A stretch of DNA of 64,000 bases, taken from NCBI GenBank assembly GCA_034002405.1, contig JAVFAS010000005.1:2092-66091 (forward strand), in the 5' to 3' direction. Numbering within the stretch: the first letter of the stretch is position 1; every line of letters starts with the position of its first letter. Below the pieces are notes generated by a model. That model saw only the letters and a list, made by a program, of their open reading frames with translations. It was not told the origin of the DNA and ran no database searches. Source of the stretch: Bacteroidota bacterium. Lineage in GTDB: Bacteria > Bacteroidota > Ignavibacteria > SZUA-365. The position numbers were made by a program, and so were the translations under genes. Shown here in pieces: positions 1 through 10,280 of the stretch.

Positions 1-21
1 CGCATCTTCCGTTTGAACGCA

Positions 22-582
22 TCATTCCTTGCGGTTCGTGAGCAAGCCGAGCACGCCACCCATCAGCAATCCTACCCCGAACGCGCCAAGCACCGCGGAA
101 AATGGATGGATCTTGATGTATTCCTCCGACTTTTGCACGGCGGGATCAATGCTCGATTCACGGATGCGCTGCACGCGCTCGCGGGCTTTCTCCTGATACG
201 CCGACGCGCGCTCGCGTATGTTCGCCGCCATGTCATGCGATCGTGCGTCGATGTCCTCTCGCATATCGGAGAGTCCCTCCGCCAGTCGATCGCGGGTATC
301 GAGATATCCCTGATACAATTCCCGCAGCGTCGTTTCAACCTCGCCTTTTTTTTCGCCGTATTTCTCCGAAATCAAATTGACCAATTTGCCGAAATTGCCT
401 TCGATTCTCAGCAGTTCCTCATCGGGAATTTTGTCCCATTTTACCGCGACATGGCCTCGAAAACCGTCCCACTCCTTCTCGAAACGTGGTATTGTCATGA
501 TCGCCTCCACAATCTGATGAGTAGAAAAATCGTGACTGAGTAGAGCGGAATATACAATCGCGTCCGCCTCGTAAAAAGGCAA
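22..582 (-). CDS. CsbD-like general stress protein with DUF883/ElaB-YqjD-like tail-anchor
   Basis: 186-aa ORF. The N-terminal segment KWDKIPDEELLRIEGNFGKLVNLISEKYG looks like the CsbD family. The C-terminal hydrophobic tail AVLGAFGVGLLMGGVLGLL is typical of ElaB/YqjD tail-anchored proteins. The overlapping plus-strand ORF at 13..543 looks like an antisense shadow. Confidence 0.55.
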   Translation of the reverse strand: MPFYEADAIVYSALLSHDFSTHQIVEAIMTIPRFEKEWDGFRGHVAVKWDKIPDEELLRIEGNFGKLVNLISEKYGEKKGEVETTLRELYQGYLDTRDRLAEGLSDMREDIDARSHDMAANIRERASAYQEKARERVQRIRESSIDPAVQKSEEYIKIHPFSAVLGAFGVGLLMGGVLGLLTNRKE

Positions 583-647
583 ATCGCGATCTTGCGTGGA
601 ATTTGCTACATTGTCCCGGAATCGATCGCGAACACACCATTATCCGG

Positions 648-2471
648 ATGAACTCCTCCTTTTTATTGATCGGGCATCGAACCAGCGGGAAAACGGTGCT
701 CGGCACCATGCTCGCGGAAATGCGCGGTCTCCCGTTTGTCGATGTCGACGCTGTCATCGAATCCCGCACCGGACGAAGCGCCGCCGCGTTGGTCACGGAC
801 GATGAGCCCGCCTTTCGCCTCCTCGAACAGCGCATCGTGGAGGAACTGACCGCGGACCCGACACCACGAATCATCGCGACAGGTGGCGGATGCACGACGT
901 GGCCAGCGGGAATCCGCACGATCTGGATATTCCGGGAAGGATGGGAGGAAACCGCGCTGCGGGACCGGCAACGACTGCGGCCGTCGCTCACCCCCGAGGG
1001 AGAAATCGAATGGATGCGCACGACACGCGAGGAGGGGTACCGCCGCGCCGCGCATCTCTGTCTGCATATCGAACGTGGCTGCACCGTGGAAGAAGCCGCA
1101 CGGCGACTCGGGTTGCTTGCGGACTGGCTTGTCGATGCAGCGGGATCTCCCGGACTGGCGAAAAGCTGGTTGGTGCCGCGTGACGCGACGGATCTCACGC
1201 GCGCGATAGCCGATGCCAGGATGTTCGGTATGGCTGGTGTGGAAATCCGCTCGGATGTCTTTCCCGATCCCCCGAGTCCCGACGTGCCCTGGCTTGCCTC
1301 CCTGCGAACCGACGATCCTGGATTTTTCCGGAAATGCGACGCCGCGGCCGCTTTCGACTGCGATGTCACCCTCCTTCGTTGCCTCGATCTGGAGGGATTG
1401 CACGTTCGCCCCCTTATCCTCAGCGCGCACCCGGACGATGTCTTCAAGGAATATTTCGATTTCCTGACCAGTCTTCCGGCCTGGATCGCGGAGACGAGGC
1501 CTCCCTGGTACGATGGACTCCGATTGAAATGGGCACCACGCGTGAAATCCTGGGTGGAACTGCGCTACGCAAATCAGCTCTACAAGGTGTTTGAGAAGAA
1601 CGGTGGACGGGTTTCTTTCTTTCCCGTCGGAAAAACGTGGAAGTGGATGCGCATTCAGCGTCTGTTCAACGGGAATGAACTCAATTACATTTCCACCGGG
1701 TGTCTGGAGCATTCCCATCGTCCTCCGTCGCTCGACTATTTTCTGCCACATGTCATCGGGGATCACGCGCGTGATTTCTTTGGCGTGATCGGAGATCCTG
1801 TGGAGGACAGCTTCGGCGATGTGTTCCACCGCGCACTTGCGCTCGCATCGGTGGACGATGTTCCCGCGACCTATTTGAAGATTCCGTTGCGTGCATCGGA
1901 GCTGGATAATTGCCTGCACCTCCTGCCACAGATCGGCTTCAAGGGACTCTCGGTGACCTCACCCTTGAAACGCGCGGTCGTCGACTCGAATTTCGTGGGG
2001 TCGGAGAAGCCACTCGAGGCAGGAAACACCCTGGTTCTGACCAAGGGCAGTTTCCTGCTCTACGATACCGACGAATGCGGGATGATCGCGGCCCTCGAGG
2101 CAATGGAATCCGATGGAATTGCTCCCGGGGCGGTGTTGCTTTTCGGGAATGGCGGGGTGACACCTGCCGTCACGCGCGCGCTTCTCGCGCGAGGATGGGG
2201 TCCGGTAACGAGCGTCCGCGCGCGCGATGGATGGGGCGAACTCTCCGCGCACAATGTCGCCTTGATCATTGATGCATCGGGCGGTGATGGAAGCGAGCAC
2301 CTGGAGGCACCAGCCTGCCGTGCCTGGCTCGACCTCCGGTATCGGAATCTGCCCGCGCCACCGCGACAGGCAGAGCGCTCCTACAATGGTATGCGGTTTT
2401 ACAAGGCACAGGCGGTTGCACAGCGTGCATTGTGGGGACTCTCCACCGCTCGCACTCATCCACTGCTTTGA
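648..2471 (+). CDS. fused shikimate kinase / type I dehydroquinase-like / shikimate dehydrogenase (AroK-AroD-AroE fusion)
   Basis: The N-terminus has the P-loop GHRTSGKT of shikimate kinase. The C-terminal ~270 aa carry the AroE-type motifs GLSVTSPLK and GNT, plus a Rossmann segment LFGNGGVTPAV. The middle ~250 aa (GVEIRSDVF...LILSAHP...KWAPRVKSW) fit a type I 3-dehydroquinate dehydratase in length and position but are weaker. The likely start is the internal Met MNSSFLLIG. The gene is followed directly by aroC. Confidence 0.72.
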   Translation: MNSSFLLIGHRTSGKTVLGTMLAEMRGLPFVDVDAVIESRTGRSAAALVTDDEPAFRLLEQRIVEELTADPTPRIIATGGGCTTWPAGIRTIWIFREGWEETALRDRQRLRPSLTPEGEIEWMRTTREEGYRRAAHLCLHIERGCTVEEAARRLGLLADWLVDAAGSPGLAKSWLVPRDATDLTRAIADARMFGMAGVEIRSDVFPDPPSPDVPWLASLRTDDPGFFRKCDAAAAFDCDVTLLRCLDLEGLHVRPLILSAHPDDVFKEYFDFLTSLPAWIAETRPPWYDGLRLKWAPRVKSWVELRYANQLYKVFEKNGGRVSFFPVGKTWKWMRIQRLFNGNELNYISTGCLEHSHRPPSLDYFLPHVIGDHARDFFGVIGDPVEDSFGDVFHRALALASVDDVPATYLKIPLRASELDNCLHLLPQIGFKGLSVTSPLKRAVVDSNFVGSEKPLEAGNTLVLTKGSFLLYDTDECGMIAALEAMESDGIAPGAVLLFGNGGVTPAVTRALLARGWGPVTSVRARDGWGELSAHNVALIIDASGGDGSEHLEAPACRAWLDLRYRNLPAPPRQAERSYNGMRFYKAQAVAQRALWGLSTARTHPLL

Positions 2472-2489
2472 CGCGATTTGGAGATTGCA

Positions 2490-3512
2490 ATGCGTGGCAA
2501 TAGTTTCGGCAATTTTCTCGTTTTGACCTCCTTCGGCGAAAGCCATGGACCGGCAATCGGCGCCGTGATCGACGGCTGTCCGGCAGGTGTGGAAATCGCG
2601 GAGCAGGACTTCGAGAACGCCTTGCGCCGGCGTCGCCCGGGACAATCTGCCATCACCAGTGCGCGCGCGGAAGACGATCGCGCGGAGATCCTGAGTGGCA
2701 TCTGGGAAGGCCGGACACTTGGAACGCCGATTGCCGTGCTTGTGCGAAATACGGACGCACGAAGTCGCGATTACGATGCGTCCACGTTTCGGCTCGGTCA
2801 TGCGGACCGCACCTGGGACGGGAAATATGTTCATCGTGATCATCGCGGAGGCGGACGTTCTTCGGGACGCGAGACGATCGCGCGCGTGATCGGTGGCACC
2901 ATCGCGGAGCGCATGCTTCCCGAGACCATGCAAATTGTCGGTTTCACGCGACAAATTGGAAAAACCCGCCTGACCGACGTCTCCCGTGACCTCACGCGCG
3001 CGATTGTGGATTCCTTTCCCACGCGCTGTCCCAACCTGGAATCCGACGCCAGCATCGAGGCCGAATTGCTCGCCCTCAAGTCCCGCGGTGATTCCGTCGG
3101 TGGCATTGCCACCGTGCAGATCGATGGTGTCCCCTCCGGACTTGGAGAGCCTGTCTTCGGCAAGGCCAAGGCGCGACTGGCCGCTGCGATGATGGGAATC
3201 GGGGCGGTCGCCGGGGTTTCGTTCGGAGATGCATTCGATGAATGCCTCGACTACGGGTCCGTATTTCATATGCCGATGGAGGGTTTCGAATCTGGAATCG
3301 CCCGTCGTTCCTATGGAATCCAGGGTGGGATTACCAGTGGCGCGCGCATTGTTCTCAATGTCGCCGTGAAACCAACCAGTACAACAGGCGGGATGGCACG
3401 CCTTGGCCGACACGATCCGTGCATTGTGCCGCGTATCATCCCCGTCCTCGAGAGCATGGTAGCGCTGGTGCTCGCGGACCTTTGGCTTGCCTCGCGTCTC
3501 GACAACATCTGA
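2490..3512 (+). CDS. aroC: chorismate synthase
   Basis: MRGNSFGNFLVLTSFGESHGPAIGAVIDGCPAG matches the chorismate synthase N-terminal signature. There is a 19-nt gap after the aro fusion gene. Confidence 0.9.
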   Translation: MRGNSFGNFLVLTSFGESHGPAIGAVIDGCPAGVEIAEQDFENALRRRRPGQSAITSARAEDDRAEILSGIWEGRTLGTPIAVLVRNTDARSRDYDASTFRLGHADRTWDGKYVHRDHRGGGRSSGRETIARVIGGTIAERMLPETMQIVGFTRQIGKTRLTDVSRDLTRAIVDSFPTRCPNLESDASIEAELLALKSRGDSVGGIATVQIDGVPSGLGEPVFGKAKARLAAAMMGIGAVAGVSFGDAFDECLDYGSVFHMPMEGFESGIARRSYGIQGGITSGARIVLNVAVKPTSTTGGMARLGRHDPCIVPRIIPVLESMVALVLADLWLASRLDNI

Positions 3513-3542
3513 TTCCATGAGATATTCCACACGCACATTCGC

Positions 3543-4757
3543 ATGAGACTCCCCGGTGTCTTCCGCGCGTTCCGGCACAGGAATTTCCGTCTCTTCATCG
3601 CCGGACAGCTCATTTCCCTGATCGGAACCTGGGCACAGCGTCTGGCGGTGGGATGGCTGGCATGGGAACTGACGCATTCCGCGTTCTGGGTCGGAGCCGT
3701 GAGTTTCGCGGGTTTATTTCCGGGGGTGCTGGTCGGACCGTTCGCGGGCTCCGTTGCCGACAGCATGAGCCGACTCCGTCTCCTGAAAATTTCGCAGTTC
3801 GCTTTTCTTGTCCAGGCAGGCATCCTTGCCGCCCTCACCATCGGAGGTGTGATCACGCTGCCGATCCTTCTCGTGCTCGAGGCGGCACTCGCGATCATCA
3901 CCGCGTTTGATATTCCCGCGCGACAAGCCTTCGTGATCGAGATGGTCGGAAAGGAAGATCTTCCCAACGCCATCGCGATCAACTCCATTTCCGTCAATAT
4001 CGCGCGCATGATCGGCCCCGCGATCGCCGGCGTGATCATCGTGACCATCGATATCGGCGAGGCATTTCTGTTCAATTCGATCTCGTACATCGCGGTGCTG
4101 GCAAGTCTTTCGGCTTTGCGCCTGGATCCACGTCCCGCTGTGCGCCGCCTGCAACCGTTGGCCTCCCATGTGTTCGACGGTCTCCGCTACGCCTGGCAAG
4201 AGCGGGGCATTCGGACCTACCTGTTACTGTTCTTTCTCACGGCACTGTTTGGCATGCCATATGGCTCGCTGCTTCCGGTTGTCGCCGAGCAACGATTTTC
4301 GATGGGTGCCGGTGGATTGACCTGGCTCGTGTCAGGTTCCGGTCTCGGCGCCACACTCGGTGCACTGCTGCTCGCCGCCAGGAAAGACACACGCGGACTT
4401 CCGAAAAAGCTTTTCCTCGCCGGTCTCGGGTTCGGCAGCAGTCTCGTTGTGTTTGGATTGATTGGCGACTTCACCCTGGCAGTCGCCTTCGTTCCTGTCC
4501 TCGGCTTCGGCATGATGATGCAGATGGCAGGGAACAACATCATTCTGCAGACGCACGTCGACGAGGCGCAGCGCGGACGTGTCATGAGCATGCTCAGCAT
4601 GAGCTTCCAGCTCGCGATGCCACTGGGCAGTCTCTGGATGGGAAGCGTAGCGGAGCATTTCGGCGATCAGGCGCCGTTTCTTTTCGGTGGAATTTCCGTC
4701 GTCATCGCGGTCACGACGCTGGGACTGTTCTCCTCCCGGTCACTCCAGCGGGCATGA
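3543..4757 (+). CDS. MFS transporter (EntS/enterobactin-exporter-like)
   Basis: 404 aa with about 12 predicted TM helices. The N-terminus RNFRLFIAGQLISLIGTWAQRLAVGWLAWELT is typical of the MFS EntS-like subfamily. Confidence 0.78.
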   Translation: MRLPGVFRAFRHRNFRLFIAGQLISLIGTWAQRLAVGWLAWELTHSAFWVGAVSFAGLFPGVLVGPFAGSVADSMSRLRLLKISQFAFLVQAGILAALTIGGVITLPILLVLEAALAIITAFDIPARQAFVIEMVGKEDLPNAIAINSISVNIARMIGPAIAGVIIVTIDIGEAFLFNSISYIAVLASLSALRLDPRPAVRRLQPLASHVFDGLRYAWQERGIRTYLLLFFLTALFGMPYGSLLPVVAEQRFSMGAGGLTWLVSGSGLGATLGALLLAARKDTRGLPKKLFLAGLGFGSSLVVFGLIGDFTLAVAFVPVLGFGMMMQMAGNNIILQTHVDEAQRGRVMSMLSMSFQLAMPLGSLWMGSVAEHFGDQAPFLFGGISVVIAVTTLGLFSSRSLQRA

Positions 4758-4932
4758 CGCTCGCCGAACACCTTTCCGAATCGGATGCGCACAGGGGAAA
4801 AATGAATCCCTCCGGTGACATTGTCATCATATCCGTTGTATGTTATAAAGATCCCCTCGACGGGAATGAAACAAAACGGACATCGCAGGGGTTATTTTAA
4901 CTGCACTGTTTTTCCACGAAGTCAGGTTACGC

Positions 4933-5406
4933 ATGAAATCTCTTCTTCTCGCACTCGCATTGTTTCTCGTGGCGGGAACGCTGCATGCCCAGGTCGGAAA
5001 AACGGCACCGGGTTTTTCGCTCAAGGACAAGGACGGTACGGTCTATTCTGACCAATCCTTGAAGGGAAAGGTGATTGTCCTGAATTTCTGGGCGACGTGG
5101 TGCCCGCCCTGCCGCGCCGAGATCCCGGCATTCAAGAAGGTGTATGAGCAATACAAGGGGAAGGGCGTCGAGATCGTTGGCGTCTCGCTCGACCAGAAGG
5201 GATGGGATGTGATTCGCCCCTTCATCAAGCAGTATGCGATCAATTATCCCATCGTCCTGGGTGGAGCGGAAATCGCCCGCGCATACGGCAACATCCGTTC
5301 GATCCCCACGACCATCATCATTGATCGGAATGGGAAAGTCGTTGACAGTCATGTTGGTGCGATGTCGGAGCAGCAGCTGATCAAATCGTTCGAGAAACTT
5401 CTCTAA
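4933..5406 (+). CDS. secreted TlpA/ResA-like thiol-disulfide oxidoreductase (thioredoxin fold)
   Basis: Signal peptide MKSLLLALALFLVAGTLHAQ. The motif NFWATWCPPCRAEIP has the WCxxC active site of the TlpA family. Confidence 0.85.
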   Translation: MKSLLLALALFLVAGTLHAQVGKTAPGFSLKDKDGTVYSDQSLKGKVIVLNFWATWCPPCRAEIPAFKKVYEQYKGKGVEIVGVSLDQKGWDVIRPFIKQYAINYPIVLGGAEIARAYGNIRSIPTTIIIDRNGKVVDSHVGAMSEQQLIKSFEKLL

Positions 5407-6746
5407 ATCAATCGTTCGAGTGCCTCGGTGAGGAGATCGACTTCCACGACGTCGATCCCTCGCCGTTTTTTATGCACGGTCCCACGGGGAATCACGATTC
5501 GTTTGAAGCCCAGTTTTTCTGCCTCGATGATACGCTTTTCAACTTGTCCCACTGAGCGTACCTCTCCACCGAGCCCGACTTCGCCGACAACCGCGGTGCC
5601 GTGATCGATCGCGGTGTCGCGGGCACTCGAGACAATCGCGGCACAAACGGCGAGATCCACCGACGGTTCGTCGATACGCACCCCACCGGCAATGTTCACG
5701 AAGACGTCGTACTGTCCCACATGCATGCCGAACCGTTTTTCCAGCACCGCAAGCAGCAGCGACACCCGTCGTGCATCGAGTCCGGACACGGTTCGCTGCG
5801 GCGTCCCGTAATTGCTGGGCGTGACCAGCGCCTGCACTTCGATCAGCAGGGCACGGCTCCCTTCAAGGCTGCTGGTGACACAGGATCCTGAAATTCCGCG
5901 CGAGCGATCGGAGAGAAACACCTCGCTGGGATTCGTGACCTCGCGAAGACCTTCCTCGCACATCTCGAAAATTCCGATTTCATTCGTGCTTCCGAAGCGA
6001 TTCTTCAGCCCCCGCACGATGCGGTAGCTGTGATGGTGGTCTCCTTCGAATTGCAACACGGTGTCGACCATATGCTCGAGCACGCGTGGGCCCGCGATCA
6101 CACCGTCCTTGGTCACATGCCCGATCACGATCATCGGGATATTTTCCGACTTCGCCTGACGCAAGAGCACCGCCGTGCTTTCCCGCACCTGCGAAATGCT
6201 CCCGGGGGCGCTTTCGAGTTCCGGACGAAAGACCGTTTGAATGGAGTCAATCACGACAAGATCGGGTCGTTGTTCATGCACCGCCCGGAGGATGGCATCG
6301 AGGTTCGTTTCGGCCAGCACCAGAAAGTGATCACCGGCGACATGCAGGCGATCGGCGCGGAGCTTGATCTGCCGCAGGGATTCCTCGCCACTGACATAGA
6401 GAATGCGGATCTCGCTTCGACCCAGTTGCGTCATCAGCGTCGATTTTCCGATGCCCGGATCACCGCCCAGGAGAATCATCGAACCCGGGACGATGCCGCC
6501 ACCGAGCACGCGATCGAGTTCCGAGAGTCCGGTACTCAACCGCTCGTCATGCGTGGCACTCACGCGCGTGATTGGATGAACTTTTGCATCGCCGATCGCC
6601 GCGCGCGCGCCGCGCCCAGCGCTTTCCTGCCGGACGGTCTCCTCGAGCAGGGTATTCCACTCCCCACAGCTGTCACACTTCCCGCTCCATCGCGCGGAGA
6701 CGGCGCCACAGGCCTGACAGGTGTACTGTGTTTTTTGCTTTGCCAC
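5403..6746 (-). CDS. radA: DNA repair protein RadA/Sms
   Basis: N-terminal C4 zinc ribbon CQACGAVSARWSGKCDSCGEWNT, RecA-like Walker A GDPGIGKST, and a C-terminal Lon-protease-like domain. Confidence 0.92.
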   Translation of the reverse strand: MAKQKTQYTCQACGAVSARWSGKCDSCGEWNTLLEETVRQESAGRGARAAIGDAKVHPITRVSATHDERLSTGLSELDRVLGGGIVPGSMILLGGDPGIGKSTLMTQLGRSEIRILYVSGEESLRQIKLRADRLHVAGDHFLVLAETNLDAILRAVHEQRPDLVVIDSIQTVFRPELESAPGSISQVRESTAVLLRQAKSENIPMIVIGHVTKDGVIAGPRVLEHMVDTVLQFEGDHHHSYRIVRGLKNRFGSTNEIGIFEMCEEGLREVTNPSEVFLSDRSRGISGSCVTSSLEGSRALLIEVQALVTPSNYGTPQRTVSGLDARRVSLLLAVLEKRFGMHVGQYDVFVNIAGGVRIDEPSVDLAVCAAIVSSARDTAIDHGTAVVGEVGLGGEVRSVGQVEKRIIEAEKLGFKRIVIPRGTVHKKRRGIDVVEVDLLTEALERLI

Positions 6747-6752
6747 GACGGC

Positions 6753-7358
6753 TCAACGTGATTTCAGAATCGTGTTTTCGAGGTCTTCCTCCTGAATACG
6801 GAAGGAACCGCTGAACGCGATTTCCACCGGGGCATCCGCTCTTCCGATGGCCCGGTTGACCCCCTGAAGTTTTGCGTCGATCGCGCCGATGATTTCGCCG
6901 TTTTCATTGCGTTCGATCTTGATCCGCCCGGTTGCGCTGCTCGCATCCGAACGCTTGCGATCGTCGCCGAGATAAAAGCGATAATAGGAAATCCGGGTCG
7001 CGGTTGCCAGATCGTATTCCTTTCCCGCTTCGAATTTCGGCATTTCGATACCCAACCACGTTTCGAGCGTTGTTTCTCCCAGCTCGTCGAAACTGCTGAT
7101 GACCAGTACCTCATTGCCCCCGGGCTGAAGCTGGATGACGCGGATGGCCTGCAATGGATCATCAACATCCTTCGGATCCCCGATCACCGCGTTTTTCACA
7201 TAATACCGCTCGGTGTAGCTGTACACCCGCTCGGGTTGCACCGGTTCAATGGTTCTCTTTTTCTCGATGGGGGGTGCCTGCGGCGGGAGTTGCTCCTCGG
7301 TGGAGGCGCAGGAAACAAGAAATACGGCTGCGAGCAATAAAACAACAGGATATCGCAT
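6753..7358 (-). CDS. hypothetical lipoprotein
   Basis: Start taken at the internal Met MRYPVVLLLAAVFLVSC (signal peptide with lipobox LVSC). No recognisable catalytic motif. Confidence 0.5.
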   Translation of the reverse strand: MRYPVVLLLAAVFLVSCASTEEQLPPQAPPIEKKRTIEPVQPERVYSYTERYYVKNAVIGDPKDVDDPLQAIRVIQLQPGGNEVLVISSFDELGETTLETWLGIEMPKFEAGKEYDLATATRISYYRFYLGDDRKRSDASSATGRIKIERNENGEIIGAIDAKLQGVNRAIGRADAPVEIAFSGSFRIQEEDLENTILKSR

Positions 7359-7383
7359 GATCCCTCCTGGATAGGTATCGTGT

Positions 7384-8550
7384 TTACAGGGTGGAAATTT
7401 CTTCGTGGAAAAACGCCCCGAGCAATTGCTGTGCCGCAAGGAGCGCCGGAACCTGACCCGCGCTTACCTGACGCTCGAGATCCGGAATCATGGCGGAAAC
7501 CTCGGGATTCGTCACAAACCGATCATGCAGCGCCTGTCGAATCGCATCGTGCATCCATGCCAACGCTTGCTCGCGTCTCTTGCGTTCGAGCCACCCGTTC
7601 GCACGCATGCGCGCCCGAAAATCATCGATCATGCTCCAAACATCATCTATACCCGCGCGCGTGAGTGCTGAACAGGTCAGCACTGGCGGGGACCAGTCCG
7701 GCGCCGGATATTTCATCAAATGCAAGGCGCTTTCATATTCCGCCCGTGCCTTTCGCGCATGCAGTTGATTGTCTCCGTCGGCCTTGTTGATGACAACGGC
7801 ATCGGCGAGTTCCATGATCCCGCGTTTGATTCCTTGCAACGAATCACCCGCGCCGGCGAGCATGAGCAGAAGAAAGAAATCCACCATCGAATGTACCATG
7901 GTTTCGGATTGTCCGACACCGACGGTCTCGACAAAGACGACATCGAAGCCCGCCGCCTCGCACACCAGCATGGCCTCGCGCGTCTTGCGCGCCACACCAC
8001 CAAGCGAACCGGCGGAAGGCGAGGGACGGATGAACGCGTTCGGATCGACAGAAAGTTTCTCCATGCGCGTTTTGTCTCCCATGATACTCCCGCGCGAGAT
8101 CTGACTGCTCGGATCGATCGCCAGCACGGCGATGCGCTGTCCATGCTCGGTCAGCACCGAGCCGAGCGCCTCGATGAATGTGCTTTTTCCGACACCCGGA
8201 ACACCTGTGACGCCGATGCGCACCGCGCGGCCGGTATGAGGCAACAGTCGCTCCATGACGGCCATGGCCTTTCGATGGTGTTCGGGTCGCAGGGATTCGA
8301 TGAGCGTGATCGTCTTGCCGAGCACCACGCGGTCTCCATCGAGAATGCCCCGGACATGGTCATCGACGGTGAGCGCACGCGTTGCGCGGCGGCGGGCAGC
8401 AGGCGCGGTGTTCCCGGGGGATTCCACGCCGGGCCGTACATCAAGACGACCCTGGGAACCGCGCGCGGTCTCTTCGTGCCCCGACTCCGCGCCACTGTGC
8501 GCTTCGGCACCACTGTGCGCTTCATTGTCCATGTGTTCCGTGGGTTTCAT
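7384..8550 (-). CDS. meaB: methylmalonyl-CoA mutase-associated GTPase MeaB (ArgK family)
   Basis: P-loop GVTGVPGVGKST and G-protein motifs DVVFVETVGVGQSE and NKAD. The N-terminus has a short His/Ala/Gly repeat (EAHSGAEAHSGAESGHEE). Start taken at MKPTEH. Confidence 0.85.
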   Translation of the reverse strand: MKPTEHMDNEAHSGAEAHSGAESGHEETARGSQGRLDVRPGVESPGNTAPAARRRATRALTVDDHVRGILDGDRVVLGKTITLIESLRPEHHRKAMAVMERLLPHTGRAVRIGVTGVPGVGKSTFIEALGSVLTEHGQRIAVLAIDPSSQISRGSIMGDKTRMEKLSVDPNAFIRPSPSAGSLGGVARKTREAMLVCEAAGFDVVFVETVGVGQSETMVHSMVDFFLLLMLAGAGDSLQGIKRGIMELADAVVINKADGDNQLHARKARAEYESALHLMKYPAPDWSPPVLTCSALTRAGIDDVWSMIDDFRARMRANGWLERKRREQALAWMHDAIRQALHDRFVTNPEVSAMIPDLERQVSAGQVPALLAAQQLLGAFFHEEISTL

Positions 8551-8653
8551 GGCGTGGATTCCTCCGCTGAATCGGAATTCTGCAACGCATTGACATCGCG
8601 GGCAGTCCGCATTACTATTGCGGGCAGTCAGGGATGCACGCATCCCGGGTCCG

Positions 8654-10051
8654 TCAGAAGAGCCGATTGTATCCGTTCAACGCCGCGACACGATAGGCCT
8701 CGGCCATGGTCGGGTAGTTGAATGTCGTGGTCATGAAATATTTGATGCTGTTTCCTGGAGCGGGCTGTGCCATGATGGCCTGCCCGATATGCACGATTTC
8801 CGCGGCATTCTGTCCGAAACAGTGTATTCCCAGCAGTTCCAGCGTCTCGCGATGAAACAGGATTTTCAACATGCCCGCTGTTTTCCCGGTGATCTGGCCG
8901 CGCGCGAGATTGCGGAAGAACGAGCGGCCGACTTCATAGGGAATACGCGCGTCGGTCAGCTCGCGCTCGGTCTTTCCGACACTGCTGATCTCCGGCGTGG
9001 TGTATATTCCGGTCGGAAAATCCTGTACTAATTGATCATCGCAGATGCCGTCCACAATGTGCGTTCCGACAAAACGCCCCTGATCATACGCCGCGCTCGA
9101 GAGCGAGGGAAAACCGACAATGTCGCCGACGGCGTAGATATGCGGTATCGCGGTTTGATATTGTGCATTCACCTTGATGTTGCCGCGATGGTCGATCTCG
9201 ATCCCGAGCTCCTCGAGTCCCAGTCCCGACGAGTTCCCGGTCCGTCCATTCGCCCACAACAGGATATCGCTTTTGATTTTCTTTCCGGTTTTCAAGTGCA
9301 GGACGACGCCGTCTTCCAGCACCTCGACGTGGTCGTATTCCTCGTTCTGACGAATGAGGATTCCTTCCTCGTCGCGCATGTGATAGGAAAGCGCATCGCT
9401 GATTTCGTCATCGAGAAATTCCAGCATGCGCTTGCGGGTGTTGACCAGATTCACCTTCACATCCAGACCGCGAAACGCCGAGGCGTACTCCGATCCGATG
9501 ACGCCCGCGCCGTAAATCGTGATCGAATCGGGGATGCGTTTCATTTCGAGAATCGTATCGCTGTCGACCACGAACGGATTGTTGAAATCCACATCATCGG
9601 GGTGATACGGGTGGGATCCCGTGGCGATGACAAAGGTGTCGGCCTTGAAGGAACGCATCGCGCCGTCGTGCTCGAGCACGCGTACGGTGTGCGCATCGAC
9701 AAAGCTGGCGGACCCGCGGATGACTTCGATATTGTTCCGGTCGTAAAATCCCTGTCGGTCCCGGACCTGCTGATCAACCACATCCTCGACCACGGACATC
9801 AGTTCTTCGTAATTCATCCGAAGATTCCGGGTGACCTTGTCGAAGAGACGGTTGTGCCGAAGTTCCGAATACTGTTGAATGACGTGGATCAACGTCTTGC
9901 TTGGAATCGTGCCCCAGTGCGTGCATCCACCGCCGACCTCGAAGTGGCGCTCGATGACGGCAACCGATTTTCCGGCTTTCGCGGCCTTGATCGAGGCGCC
10001 TTCACCTCCCGGACCGCTGCCGATGACTATGACATCGTATTTCTTTTCCAT
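8654..10051 (-). CDS. sthA: soluble pyridine nucleotide transhydrogenase (Si-specific)
   Basis: Near full-length similarity to E. coli SthA. Shared segments include [56 protein letters not shown] and an FAD/NAD disulfide-reductase fold. Confidence 0.88.
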   Translation of the reverse strand: MEKKYDVIVIGSGPGGEGASIKAAKAGKSVAVIERHFEVGGGCTHWGTIPSKTLIHVIQQYSELRHNRLFDKVTRNLRMNYEELMSVVEDVVDQQVRDRQGFYDRNNIEVIRGSASFVDAHTVRVLEHDGAMRSFKADTFVIATGSHPYHPDDVDFNNPFVVDSDTILEMKRIPDSITIYGAGVIGSEYASAFRGLDVKVNLVNTRKRMLEFLDDEISDALSYHMRDEEGILIRQNEEYDHVEVLEDGVVLHLKTGKKIKSDILLWANGRTGNSSGLGLEELGIEIDHRGNIKVNAQYQTAIPHIYAVGDIVGFPSLSSAAYDQGRFVGTHIVDGICDDQLVQDFPTGIYTTPEISSVGKTERELTDARIPYEVGRSFFRNLARGQITGKTAGMLKILFHRETLELLGIHCFGQNAAEIVHIGQAIMAQPAPGNSIKYFMTTTFNYPTMAEAYRVAALNGYNRLF

Positions 10052-10280
10052 GGATCAGACAATTGCATCGATGACTTCTCCTAATATACGGAATGTCGCG
10101 ATTACCCCGAACACCGCGCACGGAAAAGGCCCGACATCCCTCCGGTCGGCCATTCCGTCCGCGACCGTCGACGTCGGATCAGCGAATGAGGCGGCAGGAC
10201 GGCGGACGGAGCCGGCAGGACGGAGGACGGAATCATTCTCCATGCCGTCCTTGTTGTGCTGCAACAAGACCAACGAACGG

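Noticed and set aside
13-543. 176-aa plus-strand ORF overlapping the CsbD-like gene
   Set aside because: The opposite strand encodes a product with recognisable family motifs and a tail anchor. This ORF lacks any motif and its composition is typical of antisense frames.
663-3677. Long minus-strand ORFs (418 and 572 aa) antisense to the aro fusion and aroC
   Set aside because: Arg/Cys/His-rich nonsense composition, and fully overlapped by strongly supported plus-strand genes. High-GC antisense shadow ORFs.
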